Source of the DNA: Raphidiopsis brookii D9
GTDB lineage: Bacteria; Cyanobacteriota; Cyanobacteriia; Cyanobacteriales; Nostocaceae
DNA length: 32,000 bases
Direction: 5' to 3'
NCBI GenBank assembly: GCA_000175855.1
Contig: ACYB01000035.1
Coordinates: forward strand, 150,001 to 182,000
Shown: in pieces, positions 19,532-29,745 of the stretch
Position numbering within the stretch: the first letter of the stretch is position 1
How the letters are laid out: every line of letters begins with the position of its first letter
Notes under the pieces: model-generated
Seen by the model: only the letters and a program-made list of their open reading frames with translations
Told to the model about the DNA's origin: nothing
Database searches by the model: none
Position numbers and translations under genes: made by a program

Positions 19532-20005
19532 CTATCCTTCTCCCCTGACCATAGTAAAAAAGTTGACTTTAGTAGCAGCAGTTTGTCGTTGTTTCCTGTC
19601 TTGTTGTTTAGCTAATGATTGTTGGATCGGTAAAATCACAGTGGTTTGAACCTGATCATGCCATAGAGTAGTTTGCAGCAAAGCATCACACAAAGCTGCC
19701 AATTCCGCATGACGCTGGGAACGTCCCCCAATATAACCAAATCCACTGATGGGCAAACCATCCACCATATCTTTTAACTGAACTACGCAACGAGTTATGG
19801 TCATATCTCCCAGGTTAAAAGCTTTACCCGTGGCCCCAGCACGTCCTTGAACCATCACCAAACCAATTTCTGGATTGCGCAAGAAAGTATAATTAGGTAG
19901 GTCGTGGAAATTGGTGACCAGAGATTCTATTAAATCTTCTAATTGTTGTAATTCAGCCCTAGCTAGGGTTGACATCCAACTTTGTCTTTCCGGAATGGTA
20001 AACAT
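19532..20005 (-). CDS. phnG: C-P lyase core subunit PhnG
   Basis: 157 aa; RQSWMSTLARA, IGLVMVQGRAGATGKAFNLGDMTITRCVVQL, GFGYIGGRSQRHAELAALCDALLQ. Confidence 0.95.
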   Translation of the reverse strand: MFTIPERQSWMSTLARAELQQLEDLIESLVTNFHDLPNYTFLRNPEIGLVMVQGRAGATGKAFNLGDMTITRCVVQLKDMVDGLPISGFGYIGGRSQRHAELAALCDALLQTTLWHDQVQTTVILPIQQSLAKQQDRKQRQTAATKVNFFTMVRGEG

Positions 20006-20039
20006 ATTTAGATATTGCCTGTTATTTTTTTGCTAACAA

Positions 20040-20197
20040 TTATGATCGGGGTATTAATTCCACAAAATAGCTTAACTCTGGTGTGGAAAGGTGAGGAACC
20101 TTAGCCTGATCATCATAAATTCTTAGTTTTACTGCATCTTGAGCTAAAGGTTGGCGAATAAACTCTTGTGCTTCTTGAGGAGAAAAAATGCCTCCTT
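20040..20197 (-). pseudogene. C-terminal remnant of a PhnZ-like, phosphonate-operon-associated HD-domain protein
   Basis: Untracked frame: GGIFSPQEAQEFIRQPLAQDAVKLRIYDDQAKVPHLSTPELSYFVELIPRS*, with a stop directly upstream. It resembles the conserved tail (DAVxLRxxDDxAKVPxLxTPxLxxF) of phosphonate-associated HDIG/HD oxygenase-type proteins. Confidence 0.6.
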
Positions 20198-20440
20198 AGA
20201 CAGGGGAATATTTATTCCAGGCCTGGGACAAATCATTCTTTCAAAAGCATCCCCATGCAGGTCAATAATCCCGGGTAACATTTGTAAACCCTGTCCATTG
20301 ACTATGTCAAATCCATGGGGAACCTGACTTTGGTTGATACTGGTAAATATCCCATCCTCTATCAAAACTGTGCCGTCTTCTATCCATCCTTTAGAAGTCA
20401 GGATTTTAATTCCTTGAATGGCAATTTTGCTGGTTGTCAC
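20198..20440 (-). pseudogene. N-terminal remnant of a second PhnM-like amidohydrolase
   Basis: IAIQGIKILTSKGWIEDGTVLIEDG...GLQMLPGIIDLHGDAFERMICPRPGINIPL, then sequence unrelated to PhnM. PGIIDLHGDAFERxxxPRPG is the PhnM family N-terminal metal motif region. Confidence 0.75.
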
Positions 20441-20504
20441 TGATTCTCCTACTGTTTTTCTAATATGTTTGTTGAAAACCTATTAACTATTAATCAGTTC
20501 CCAT

Positions 20505-20969
20505 CTATCTGTGTTGTTTAATATCCGGTTGCACTACACAGTTAAAGCTCCATCCATGTTGTTTAAATCCCAATGACTGATAAAACTTATGAGCATTATC
20601 ACGCTTTAAGTTAGAAGATAAAGTAACCTTATAACAACCTGCTGCTGCACTCTGTTCTAGGGCAAATCTAACCATTTCTGTGCCAATACCCTGACCTCTA
20701 AGGGAGGAGATGACTGTCACTGCATCCAATATGGCAAATTTATGATAACCAGGATGCATCATGGTGGGCACATACAGAAGACTAAATGTCCCCACTGGTT
20801 CATGGTCTAATTCCGCAAGGTAAATATGGTAATTAGGGATCTGACTTATTTCTGTGAAAATCTCTTGGACTCGATGGTCAGCTAGGGGAGCTTTTTGATC
20901 CATATCAGCATATAACTGATTTAATCTTGACCAGTCCTGAGGATCAGCTAGGCGAATTTTCAGTTTCAT
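20505..20969 (-). CDS. GNAT-family N-acetyltransferase (PhnO-like by context)
   Basis: MKLKIRLADPQDWSRLNQLYADMD...LDAVTVISSLRGQGIGTEMVRFALEQSAAAGCYKVTLSSNLKRDNAHKFYQSLGF; start overlaps the phnH stop (TCATGA). Confidence 0.85.
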   Translation of the reverse strand: MKLKIRLADPQDWSRLNQLYADMDQKAPLADHRVQEIFTEISQIPNYHIYLAELDHEPVGTFSLLYVPTMMHPGYHKFAILDAVTVISSLRGQGIGTEMVRFALEQSAAAGCYKVTLSSNLKRDNAHKFYQSLGFKQHGWSFNCVVQPDIKQHR

Positions 20970-21553
20970 GAGTGTTTTGCAGTTCTGGGTAGTCCCATTA
21001 CGGAATCTTCTGTAAATAGAAAAACATCTATTCCCCGAGGATAGAGTGGATAATTCCGTTCCCAGAATTCCCAAAAAGTGCTAGGAATGCTAGGTGTTAT
21101 GGTTTTAGGTGATAAATTTCCTGGACCTGTTAAGGTGATAGGTTTTCCACCATTAAAACTTGCTATCTGTATCAGCAAGGTTGTGGAATCTTCCGGTTTT
21201 TCCGCTGTTCCTGGATTAAAAACAGATAATTCCGTCATAGATGCCAAGTCTTGAATTAGGGCAAAGTCCGCTTGCTGTGGGTCTAATGTTAGTTGACACC
21301 CAGTGTGAAACAACAACCAATTTTTCACTGAGGAAGATAATAAGGGTTGTATCCACAGTTTGATGTCTAAATCTAATAGGACCAGACAAGCTGCACCACA
21401 AGCTGGTGTTAACCCTTGTGGTACCTGGAGCTGGACAGGGATTTTTTCAGATCTTCCTGGTTGCGCATCAGCACATAGCAGAGCGCGAAATGCTTGCTGG
21501 GCATCATGGACAGGATCAGAAAAACCAGGTATTTCAGTAAGTGTGTTTGACAT
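20966..21553 (-). CDS. phnH: C-P lyase core subunit PhnH
   Basis: 195 aa; PGFSDPVHDAQQAFRALLCA, PACGAACLVLLDLDIKLW, FWERNYPLYPRGIDVFLFTEDSVMGLPRT. Confidence 0.93.
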   Translation of the reverse strand: MSNTLTEIPGFSDPVHDAQQAFRALLCADAQPGRSEKIPVQLQVPQGLTPACGAACLVLLDLDIKLWIQPLLSSSVKNWLLFHTGCQLTLDPQQADFALIQDLASMTELSVFNPGTAEKPEDSTTLLIQIASFNGGKPITLTGPGNLSPKTITPSIPSTFWEFWERNYPLYPRGIDVFLFTEDSVMGLPRTAKHS

Positions 21554-21590
21554 TCATGACAAGATTATGTTTTAAACTATTCTTAACTTA

Positions 21591-21606
21591 TCTAGACATC
21601 TAGACA
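21591..21606. promoter_or_regulatory. Tandem TCTAGACA repeat in the phnH/phnF divergent intergenic region, candidate PhnF operator
   Basis: TCTAGACATCTAGACA, two exact 8-mers in an 88-bp divergent promoter region. Confidence 0.35.
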
Positions 21607-21641
21607 AAAGATAAGGTAACAGATTTTTGAGTAAATAGCAA

Positions 21642-22442
21642 TTGGATATATTAGGATGCATATTAAATATGAGAGAAATTATTCCCATTTACATTCAGAT
21701 TGCCGATCAACTGCGGGAAAAGATTTTACAAGGGGTTTTTGGTGCAGGGGAACAATTGCCTACGGAAACAATTTTGGCACAACAGTTTAGGGTAAATCGG
21801 CATACTATTAGACAAGCTATTGGTTTGTTGAAAAGTGAAGGATGGATAAGGGTAGAGAGGGGGAGAGGTACTTTTGTAGCTGCTAGGACAATTCGTTATC
21901 CTATTGGTAAGAGAGTACGTTATACTCAGACTCTTAAAGCCCAGGGTTGGCAACCTCGGTTTGAGTTATTACGTATTTTAGAGATGTCAGCGGATCTGGC
22001 AATATCTAAAGGGTTAGAAATTGGTTATGGGGAAAGAGTTGCACTGGTTGAACGTTTAGGTTTTGCTAATGAGGAACCGATTAGTGTATGTAGTGCATAT
22101 TTTCCGTTGAAAAGGTTCCCGGACTTTTTTGAGCCCAGCCATATTCAGATTTTAGAGACCGAGAAATCCATATCAAGGTTTTTGTATCAGGTATATGGAT
22201 GTGACCATATTCGACGCAGTACAGCTGTTTCTGCTCGGTTAGTGCAACCCCAAGATGCCATTTTGTTACAACTCTCCGATAATCAACCGATTCTGTTAGC
22301 TGAGTCTGTGAATGTGGATGAAGGTGGTAATGTAATTGAATACGGGGTAACCCGATTCCGGGGCGATCGCATGGAGTTGTTTTTTGAGAATGATTGCAAA
22401 AGTCTCAAATTTCCGGGGGCTTCACTTTTAAGAGAGTTGTGA
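21642..22442 (+). CDS. phnF: GntR-family (HutC/FarR type) phosphonate regulator, PhnF-like
   Basis: 266 aa; IPIYIQIADQLREKILQGVFGAGEQLPTETILAQQFRVNRHTIRQAIGLLKSEGWIRVERGRGTFV with a C-terminal UTRA-like domain; divergent from phnH. Confidence 0.88.
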   Translation: MDILGCILNMREIIPIYIQIADQLREKILQGVFGAGEQLPTETILAQQFRVNRHTIRQAIGLLKSEGWIRVERGRGTFVAARTIRYPIGKRVRYTQTLKAQGWQPRFELLRILEMSADLAISKGLEIGYGERVALVERLGFANEEPISVCSAYFPLKRFPDFFEPSHIQILETEKSISRFLYQVYGCDHIRRSTAVSARLVQPQDAILLQLSDNQPILLAESVNVDEGGNVIEYGVTRFRGDRMELFFENDCKSLKFPGASLLREL

Positions 22443-22717
22443 GAAATTAAAACAAATTCTATATGATTTTATCTAAAAAATTGATTATTGTGAAGAATTC
22501 TCAAAAAAGAGGGACTAGCCACCAGGACTACTCCCACTTGCCGATCCTTTAAAGAGAGGAGAACACTATACAAAACTATAGCTTGATTGAGAATTTTTGT
22601 CAACTAGTATGAGAAAGTCTAGCAATTACAGGTGTGGGAGATGAGCGCCTACCCTTTCAATGATTTACAATTCAATTTGTAAATATCCCTCAGTAGATAA
22701 AAGGTGGTATTAATCTA

Positions 22718-23119
22718 ATGGCTGATATTGTTGATATTGCAGTTGGGAATGACTCATTTAAAACTTTAGTAGCGGCAGTACAAGCAGCTAATTTGGTGGA
22801 AACTCTCAAAAGTCCAGGTCCTTTTACAGTTTTTGCACCCACTGATGATGCTTTTGCTAAACTACCCCCTGGTACCATTACCACCCTATTGCAAAATATC
22901 CCTCAGTTAGCAAGAATTTTAACCTATCATGTAGTTCCCGGAAAATTGACCAAAGCCGATTTAGCCCAATTGGGCACAGTCAATTCCGTAGAGGGTTCAC
23001 CCATAAAAATTGACTGTAATGATGGTTTTGAAGTTAAAAATGCTACAGTTGTTGCAGCGGATATTGAGGCCGACAATGGTGTCATTCATGTGATTGACAC
23101 TGTTATTTTAATGGGTTGA
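22718..23119 (+). CDS. Fasciclin (FAS1/beta-Ig-H3) domain protein
   Basis: 133 aa; [45 protein letters not shown]...[16 protein letters not shown]. Confidence 0.93.
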   Translation: MADIVDIAVGNDSFKTLVAAVQAANLVETLKSPGPFTVFAPTDDAFAKLPPGTITTLLQNIPQLARILTYHVVPGKLTKADLAQLGTVNSVEGSPIKIDCNDGFEVKNATVVAADIEADNGVIHVIDTVILMG

Positions 23120-23165
23120 TGATGGGGGTATGGGGATTTAATAGCATCCAGAGCTATATTTCCTC

Positions 23166-23432
23166 TTACCTGTACTTAACCTTCAACCTAAGAATAATTA
23201 GGTTGAAAAACAAACTAGCACCATTGGCCAAAATAATTGGTGTGGCCTTCAGCATAATACCATAAATAAACCATAACAACAACCCAATCATGAATGTAAT
23301 CAACATCGCAAAAGAAACATCTTTTGCTGACTTTGTTTTCCAGGTTTGTAACATCTGAGGTAAAAAAGCAATTGTTGTTAGGGTTCCTGCAGCTAATCCC
23401 ACTATGTTCACAAAGTCCATTTTTTTCCCCAA
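23166..23432 (-). CDS. SemiSWEET/PQ-loop family transporter
   Basis: 88 aa; VGLAAGTLTTIAFLPQMLQTWKTKSAKDVSFAMLITFMIGLLLWFIYG. Confidence 0.88.
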   Translation of the reverse strand: MGKKMDFVNIVGLAAGTLTTIAFLPQMLQTWKTKSAKDVSFAMLITFMIGLLLWFIYGIMLKATPIILANGASLFFNLIILRLKVKYR

Positions 23433-23451
23433 TACATTTGTTTATGTCCAT

Positions 23452-24717
23452 CTATTCGCTAAAAACACTGGCAAAAAAATCTAACGCTTCTCTCAAAGCG
23501 TTAACAAACACATCTATCTCTTCATGGGTATTATAAAAAGATAAACTTACTCGTGCGGTTCCTGCTAACTCTAAATAACGGTGTAACGGTTGTGTACAAT
23601 GGTGACCGGAACGTATAGCTATACCCTCTTGGTCTAGCAATGTGGCTAAATCATTAGGGTGAATACCATTAGCGACAAAAGATGCTAAAGCGGCTCTACC
23701 TTCACCATGAATATCTGGTTTTGGTCCATAAATTGTTAGCTGGGGTATTTGTGCTAGTTGGTCAAATAAATAGCTAGTTAATTCTGCTTCATAAGCATGG
23801 ATTTTATCCATTCCTATATTAGTTAAATAGTCTATTGCTGCACCCAGAGCTATGGCCTCCCCAATAGCAGGTGTACCAGCTTCGAACTTGTGGGGGAGTT
23901 CCGCATAGGTAGAATGGTCTAAATATACTTCTGCAATCATTTCTCCACCACCGAAAAATGGTGGCATTGCTTCTAACAATTCTAATTTACCGTATAGGAA
24001 GCCAATACCGGTGGGGGCTAACATTTTGTGTCCAGATGCAACTAACCAATCACAGTCAATGTCTTGGACGTTGATGGGGGTGTGGGGAACACTTTGGCAC
24101 CCATCTAGTAGAAATTTTGCTCCATATTTGTGAGCGATTTTAGCTATTTCTTGAGCTGGATTAATGCAACCCAATGTATTAGAAATATGCACAATAGATA
24201 CCAGTTTAGTTTTTTCACAAATCAGTTTGTTAAACTGGTCTAAATCTAGAGTTTGTTCTGGTGTCAATTCTACGAATTTCAGGACTGCTCCGGTTTTTTG
24301 AGCCACAAATTGCCAGGGGACAATATTACTGTGGTGTTCCATGACAGAGAGGATAATTTCATCTCCTGGTTGTAAATTGTTCATTCCCCAACTGTAAGCT
24401 ACTAAATTAATGGCTTCAGTAGCATTGCGGGTAAAAACTATCTCTTGACGGGATTTTGCTTGGATAAAATTAACCACTTTATCTCTTACTGATTCATAAG
24501 CATCCGTAGCTTTTCCACTTAAAAAATGCGCACCCCGATGTACGTTGGAGTTATACTCTTGGTAGTAGTTCCGCCAAGTGTTTAATACTAAGGTTGGTTT
24601 TTGAGAAGTAGCTGCATTATCCAGATAAACTAGGGGTTTACCGTGAACTTTTTGCCGAAGAATGGGAAAGTCTGGACGCACTTGATCTGCTAGGGTTTTA
24701 GTTGATATGAATGTCAT
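23452..24717 (-). CDS. sufS: Cysteine desulfurase SufS
   Basis: 421 aa; [62 protein letters not shown]. Confidence 0.97.
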   Translation of the reverse strand: MTFISTKTLADQVRPDFPILRQKVHGKPLVYLDNAATSQKPTLVLNTWRNYYQEYNSNVHRGAHFLSGKATDAYESVRDKVVNFIQAKSRQEIVFTRNATEAINLVAYSWGMNNLQPGDEIILSVMEHHSNIVPWQFVAQKTGAVLKFVELTPEQTLDLDQFNKLICEKTKLVSIVHISNTLGCINPAQEIAKIAHKYGAKFLLDGCQSVPHTPINVQDIDCDWLVASGHKMLAPTGIGFLYGKLELLEAMPPFFGGGEMIAEVYLDHSTYAELPHKFEAGTPAIGEAIALGAAIDYLTNIGMDKIHAYEAELTSYLFDQLAQIPQLTIYGPKPDIHGEGRAALASFVANGIHPNDLATLLDQEGIAIRSGHHCTQPLHRYLELAGTARVSLSFYNTHEEIDVFVNALREALDFFASVFSE

Positions 24718-24749
24718 ATTTCGCTAGTTTTGATTATTTGTTTGATTTC

Positions 24750-26132
24750 TTACTCATTGACTAGAGAGCTAACTGTTTTTAACAGCTTCTCTCTCAAGGA
24801 AGCAAGTGGAATTAGGTTAATAACTTCTGTTGCAAAAGCATTAACTAATAACTTACGTGCTTCCGTTTCTCCTATTCCCCGACTTTGCAGGTAGAAGATT
24901 TGATCGTCTTCTAATTGACTAACCGTTGCACCATGGGCACACTTAACATTGTCAGCGGTAATTTCTAATTGGGGTTTAGTGTCTACCCTCGCTTTTGATG
25001 ATAAAAGCAAATTGCGGTTTAACTGCGATGCATCCGTCAATTGTGCGGATTTGGGAACAAATATCTTACCATTGAACACCCCATGGGCGCGATCGCCTAT
25101 AATAAGTTTATGTAACTGTTTACTGGTAGCATAAGGATAGTTCAGTGCGATCGCACTATGAGTGTCACCTAATTGCTTTTGGGCAATAACCGTTAATGCG
25201 TAGAGATTAGTTTCAGTTTGTTCACCGGTTTGTATAAGCTCTAGGTTGTGACGAGAAATTTTGCTACCAATAGTTATGGCATTACAGCTATAACGACTGT
25301 GTCTTGCTTGGGTTACAGCAGTTTTACCAATATCAAAACTATGATCACCACCCAAAACAATTCTAGAATGATTGACCTGGGCATTTTCATGTACCCAGAT
25401 TTCTGTCACACTGTTGTTAAAACCAGTATTCAAACCAGCACCCATGGGGTTATTTTGTAGCGAGGGTGTATTTAGGATAATATATTCCTCGACTAGACTT
25501 ATCTGGGAATTACCTTCAGCAATTACCAAACAACGGGGTTGACAAAAAGTTGGGAACTCTCCGACTAGGGAAATAAATAACAAGTGTATGGAATCTTCAA
25601 CTACCACATTTTTGCCCGCCCATAGCACTGCAACATCACTCAAACCAGCAGTATTTAGGTCGCTGAAAACATCTCTTGTTCCATCAAACTGCGCCAAATA
25701 TTTCTGAGCAACAGAATCTTCTAAAGAATCTAGGTTACCAACATGTAACCCAGAAGGTAGATCTGAAGTCTGGGATAAAGTTGGTGTAAGCACACCATTA
25801 ATAAAAACCAAGCGGTGGGTAGCTTCAGGTAAAGCTAGACCCTCCATCAAAGATTCCATGGCAATTTGGGAACTACCTAAATTAGAACCCAATGCGAAAT
25901 TGATCTCCCGCAAAGGAGATAAGTCCGTAAAACGCCACTCTTCATCTCGGGTAGTAGGAATCACCGAGTGACGCACCCACTTAGTCGCATTAGTCCTAAC
26001 TTGTTCTAACCAGCTTGGTTCTTTTGATGGACAAATCCCATTTAGCTGATTTAGCAACCTAGTTAAAAAAGCATCTTTATCCAAATCCAACAAAGAATCG
26101 CTAACAGCAGAGGGGAAAACTTCCATAGTCAT
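24750..26132 (-). CDS. sufD: Fe-S cluster assembly protein SufD
   Basis: 460 aa; RDEEWRFTDLSPL, KCAHGATVSQLEDDQIFYLQSRGI; position between sufC and sufS. Confidence 0.96.
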   Translation of the reverse strand: MTMEVFPSAVSDSLLDLDKDAFLTRLLNQLNGICPSKEPSWLEQVRTNATKWVRHSVIPTTRDEEWRFTDLSPLREINFALGSNLGSSQIAMESLMEGLALPEATHRLVFINGVLTPTLSQTSDLPSGLHVGNLDSLEDSVAQKYLAQFDGTRDVFSDLNTAGLSDVAVLWAGKNVVVEDSIHLLFISLVGEFPTFCQPRCLVIAEGNSQISLVEEYIILNTPSLQNNPMGAGLNTGFNNSVTEIWVHENAQVNHSRIVLGGDHSFDIGKTAVTQARHSRYSCNAITIGSKISRHNLELIQTGEQTETNLYALTVIAQKQLGDTHSAIALNYPYATSKQLHKLIIGDRAHGVFNGKIFVPKSAQLTDASQLNRNLLLSSKARVDTKPQLEITADNVKCAHGATVSQLEDDQIFYLQSRGIGETEARKLLVNAFATEVINLIPLASLREKLLKTVSSLVNE

Positions 26133-26134
26133 AA

Positions 26135-26920
26135 TTACACACCCACTCCTAAAGCTTCTTCCAATACCCAGTCATAACCTCGAGATTCTAGCTCTAAAGC
26201 CAACTCCTTACCACCACTTTTAATAATACGTCCCTGAGCCATCACATGGACAAAATCAGGAACAATATAATCTAGAAGTCGTTGATAGTGAGTAATCATG
26301 ATGGTGGCATTTTCTGCATTTGTCAACTGATTCACCCCGTTAGAAACAATCTTGAGGGCGTCAATATCTAAACCAGAATCGGTTTCATCCAGGATTGCTA
26401 ATTTAGGCTCTAAAATAGCCATCTGCAAGATTTCATTGCGCTTTTTTTCACCACCAGAAAAGCCTTCGTTAACACTGCGTTCTAAAAAGCTGGAATTCAT
26501 TTTCACAACTTCCAACTTTTCCATTACTAAATCATCAAAATCAAAAGTGTCCACTTCCGGTAAACCTTTGGCCTTGCGATGAGAATTATAGGCAACCCTA
26601 AGAAAATCTAAATTGCTGACACCAGGAACTTCTAGAGGATATTGAAAAGCCAAGAATACACCACTTCTGGCTCTTTCTTCTGCTTCCATTTCTAAAATAT
26701 TAGTACCCTGAAAAACTACCTCACCACCAGTGACACTGTAAGCGGGGTGTCCAGCTAAAACTTTAGAAAAGGTACTTTTGCCCGAGCCATTTGGTCCCAT
26801 AATGGCGTGGATTTCACCTGCTCTCACCTCTAAATTAACTCCTTTCAAAATTGGAGTTCCATCTACTTGGGCTTGCAAATCTTTAACGGACAAAATCAAA
26901 TCACTGTTCTCAATAATCAT
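26135..26920 (-). CDS. sufC: Fe-S cluster assembly ATPase SufC
   Basis: 261 aa; [60 protein letters not shown]. Confidence 0.98.
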   Translation of the reverse strand: MIIENSDLILSVKDLQAQVDGTPILKGVNLEVRAGEIHAIMGPNGSGKSTFSKVLAGHPAYSVTGGEVVFQGTNILEMEAEERARSGVFLAFQYPLEVPGVSNLDFLRVAYNSHRKAKGLPEVDTFDFDDLVMEKLEVVKMNSSFLERSVNEGFSGGEKKRNEILQMAILEPKLAILDETDSGLDIDALKIVSNGVNQLTNAENATIMITHYQRLLDYIVPDFVHVMAQGRIIKSGGKELALELESRGYDWVLEEALGVGV

Positions 26921-26943
26921 GGTTCCTATCCTCTTTTGGTCTC

Positions 26944-28383
26944 CTAACCCACACTACCTTCCAATTTCAAGCTCAATAACTTATCAGCTTCCACCGCAAA
27001 TTCCATCGGTAACTGGTTAAAAACATCCTTACAGAAACCGCTAATCATCATTGAAACCGCATCTTCAGCAGAAATACCACGTTGGGCAAAAAAGAATAGT
27101 TGGTCTTCACCAATTTTAGAGGTGGAAGCTTCATGCTCTACTTTACCTGTATTATTCTGAACCTGAATGTAGGGAAATGTGTTGGCCTGGGCATTGTCTC
27201 CAATCAACATGGAATCACATTGAGAATAATTCCTAGCACCTTTGGCACTAGGATTAATTTTAACTAAACCTCGGTAGCTATTACTTGATTTGCCTGCGGA
27301 AATACCTTTAGAAATAATTGTGCTACGAGTATTTTTACCAATATGAATCATTTTAGTTCCCGTATCAGCTTGCTGGCGATTATTGGTTAGAGCTACAGAG
27401 TAGAATTCACCTATCGAATTATCACCAACTAAGACACAACTGGGATATTTCCAGGTAATAGCAGACCCTGTTTCTACTTGAGTCCAGGAAATTTTGGAAT
27501 TCACTCCTTGACACAAACCCCTTTTGGTAACGAAATTGTAAATTCCTCCCTTGCCATTTTCATCACCAGCATACCAGTTTTGCACTGTGGAATATTTTAT
27601 CTCAGCATTATCTAAAGCAACTAATTCTACAACAGCAGCATGCAATTGGTTACTATCATACATTGGTGCTGTGCATCCTTCTAAATAAGAAACATAGCTG
27701 CTTTCTTCTGCAACAATTAAAGTTCTTTCAAATTGTCCCGTATCACCGGAGTTAATGCGAAAATAGGTGGATAATTCCATGGGACATTTGACCCCTTTGG
27801 GAATATACACAAATGAACCATCGCTAAAAACAGCGGAGTTTAAAGCAGCAAAATAATTATCACCAATGGGCACCACACTACCAAGATATTTCTTAACTAA
27901 TTCTGGATGCTCCCGCAATGCTTCTGAAATGGAGCAGAAAATCACCCCATCCTCCGCCAGTTTTTCTTTAAATGTTGTGGCCACGGAAACACTATCAAAT
28001 ATTGCATCCACCGCTACATTGGCCAGTCGCTTTTGCTCCGATAGGGAAATACCTAATTTCTCGAAGGTTTCCAGTAAGGTTGGATCAACTTCTTCCAAAC
28101 TATTTAGTTTTGCTTTCTTTTGCTTAGGCGCAGAATAATAAACAATATCTTGGTAATTAATAGGTGTATAGTTAACATGAGCCCAAATTGGTTCCATCAT
28201 CTTTAACCACTGACGGTAGGCACGCAAACGAAATTCCAGCATGAATTCTGGCTCTTGTTTTTTAGCGGAAATTAAGCGGATAACTTCCTCATTTAGCCCA
28301 CGGGGTATGGTGTCGGTTTCAATGTCGGTGACAAAGCCATACTTGTAAGGTTGGTTAACTAGGGTCTTGACGGATGCGCTCAT
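26944..28383 (-). CDS. sufB: Fe-S cluster assembly protein SufB
   Basis: 479 aa; [84 protein letters not shown]. Confidence 0.98.
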   Translation of the reverse strand: MSASVKTLVNQPYKYGFVTDIETDTIPRGLNEEVIRLISAKKQEPEFMLEFRLRAYRQWLKMMEPIWAHVNYTPINYQDIVYYSAPKQKKAKLNSLEEVDPTLLETFEKLGISLSEQKRLANVAVDAIFDSVSVATTFKEKLAEDGVIFCSISEALREHPELVKKYLGSVVPIGDNYFAALNSAVFSDGSFVYIPKGVKCPMELSTYFRINSGDTGQFERTLIVAEESSYVSYLEGCTAPMYDSNQLHAAVVELVALDNAEIKYSTVQNWYAGDENGKGGIYNFVTKRGLCQGVNSKISWTQVETGSAITWKYPSCVLVGDNSIGEFYSVALTNNRQQADTGTKMIHIGKNTRSTIISKGISAGKSSNSYRGLVKINPSAKGARNYSQCDSMLIGDNAQANTFPYIQVQNNTGKVEHEASTSKIGEDQLFFFAQRGISAEDAVSMMISGFCKDVFNQLPMEFAVEADKLLSLKLEGSVG

Positions 28384-28482
28384 CGTTTCTATTGTGTTCT
28401 CTTTAAAGGATAAGCAATGGGTTTAGCGTTTAAGGTGTAACTGACTCAGTCACTAAACTGCTAGAATGGAATCGGCGAGTAA

Positions 28483-28500
28483 AACAACTAGACTGTTGTT
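28483..28500. promoter_or_regulatory. Candidate SufR operator 1 (AACAAC-N6-GTTGTT)
   Basis: AACAACTAGACTGTTGTT, a perfect inverted repeat containing CAAC-N6-GTTG, in the sufB/sufR divergent region. Confidence 0.8.
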
Positions 28501-28529
28501 TAACCCAAATCTATTGTACGATAGATTAA

Positions 28530-28543
28530 CAACAACAATGTTG
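28530..28543. promoter_or_regulatory. Candidate SufR operator 2 (CAAC-N6-GTTG)
   Basis: CAACAACAATGTTG in the sufB/sufR divergent region, about 40 bp upstream of sufR. Confidence 0.75.
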
Positions 28544-28581
28544 TTTAAGTCAAATTTTAGAAAAATTTTTTTGGGACTAAA

Positions 28582-29262
28582 ATGGCGACTACCCAGCAGT
28601 CCTCAACTAAGCAGGATATCCTACAGTATCTTTTGAAACACTCTCAAGCCACGGCGGGACAACTATCAGAAATCCTAGAAGTTAGTCCACAGGCTATTCG
28701 TAGGCATTTGAAAGATTTAGAGGCGGATGACATGGTTGTGTATTCCGTACCGGAAAATTCCGGTATGGGTAGACCCCAACACATTTATCATTTGAGTCCA
28801 GGAGGTAAGGAGTATTTACAAAGAAGCGCCACTAAGGTTAGTGGTGGTTATGGGGAGTTTGCAGTTTCGCTATTAGATACTCTAGCGGAAACTGTAGGAA
28901 GGGAACAGGTAAAAACTATTTTACAAAAGCAGTGGGAAAGGAAAGCCCAGGAATATCAGGAAAAGGTTGGCCAGGGTTGTTTAGAAGAAAGGGTAGCTAC
29001 CCTAGTAGAATTAAGAAAGGCCGAAGGTTTTATGGCTGAGTTCCGTCCAGTGGAAGAAAAGGATGATGGTCACGAGGGTAATCATGGTTTTTTATTTATG
29101 GAGCACACCTGCGCCATTTCTAATGTTGCTGAGTCTTTTCCTAGTGTGTGTGGACATGAGCTGGAAATGTTTGCAGCAATATTGCCCGATTGTAGTGTGC
29201 AAAGAACTCACTGGTTAATAGATGGGCAGCATAGGTGTGTGTACTTGATTAAGAAAAACTAG
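28582..29262 (+). CDS. sufR: Iron-sulfur cluster biosynthesis transcriptional repressor SufR
   Basis: 226 aa; TKQDILQYLLKHSQATAGQLSEILEVSPQAIRRHLKDLEADDMV wHTH and Cys residues near the C-terminus (EHTCAISNVAESFPSVCGHELEMFAAILPDCSVQRTHWLIDGQHRCVY). Confidence 0.96.
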   Translation: MATTQQSSTKQDILQYLLKHSQATAGQLSEILEVSPQAIRRHLKDLEADDMVVYSVPENSGMGRPQHIYHLSPGGKEYLQRSATKVSGGYGEFAVSLLDTLAETVGREQVKTILQKQWERKAQEYQEKVGQGCLEERVATLVELRKAEGFMAEFRPVEEKDDGHEGNHGFLFMEHTCAISNVAESFPSVCGHELEMFAAILPDCSVQRTHWLIDGQHRCVYLIKKN

Positions 29263-29329
29263 TCACAAGTTGTAATAATATATGGTTTAATGAACTGGTA
29301 GTAATTGTAAACTCATACCTAGAAATTTT

Positions 29330-29590
29330 ATGGAAGTTGTACCTAATCAATCATCAACTGAATTTTTAACCCCTGATGAATCCGCTCAGATTGATGCAGC
29401 TCTGTTATCATCTTCTGAGAAGTTTTTAACCAGACTGACCATTTCTTCCTTGAGGATTTTACAACATATTGCCCAGGAGTATGAGCTACCAATTGAGCAA
29501 TTGACAGCCAAGCAAATTATTAATTGGTTTGAATCAGATGGAAAGATTAGAAGAGAAAAGGGTGTTGAGGAGGCGTTTTTGAAGTGGTAG
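29330..29590 (+). CDS. Conserved hypothetical protein (86 aa)
   Basis: Complete small ORF downstream of sufR with balanced composition; no family clearly recognised. Confidence 0.6.
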   Translation: MEVVPNQSSTEFLTPDESAQIDAALLSSSEKFLTRLTISSLRILQHIAQEYELPIEQLTAKQIINWFESDGKIRREKGVEEAFLKW

Positions 29591-29745
29591 ACTATACTAC
29601 CAATTATATATGACTAAAAGACGAGTTTTGATTCATGAAGTTTTTGCTATCTTTAGGATTGTAGAAACCTAGGTAAAGGTCAGGTTTGGATAGACCCCCT
29701 TCCATTCCCCTAAATGTGGCTATAACTTCTAAGGTACGAAAACCT

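Noticed and set aside
23215-23451. 78-aa minus-strand ORF overlapping the SemiSWEET gene
   Set aside because: Alternative frame of the better supported transporter.
24949-25460. Plus-strand ORFs antisense to sufD
   Set aside because: Shadow ORFs opposite a well supported Suf gene.
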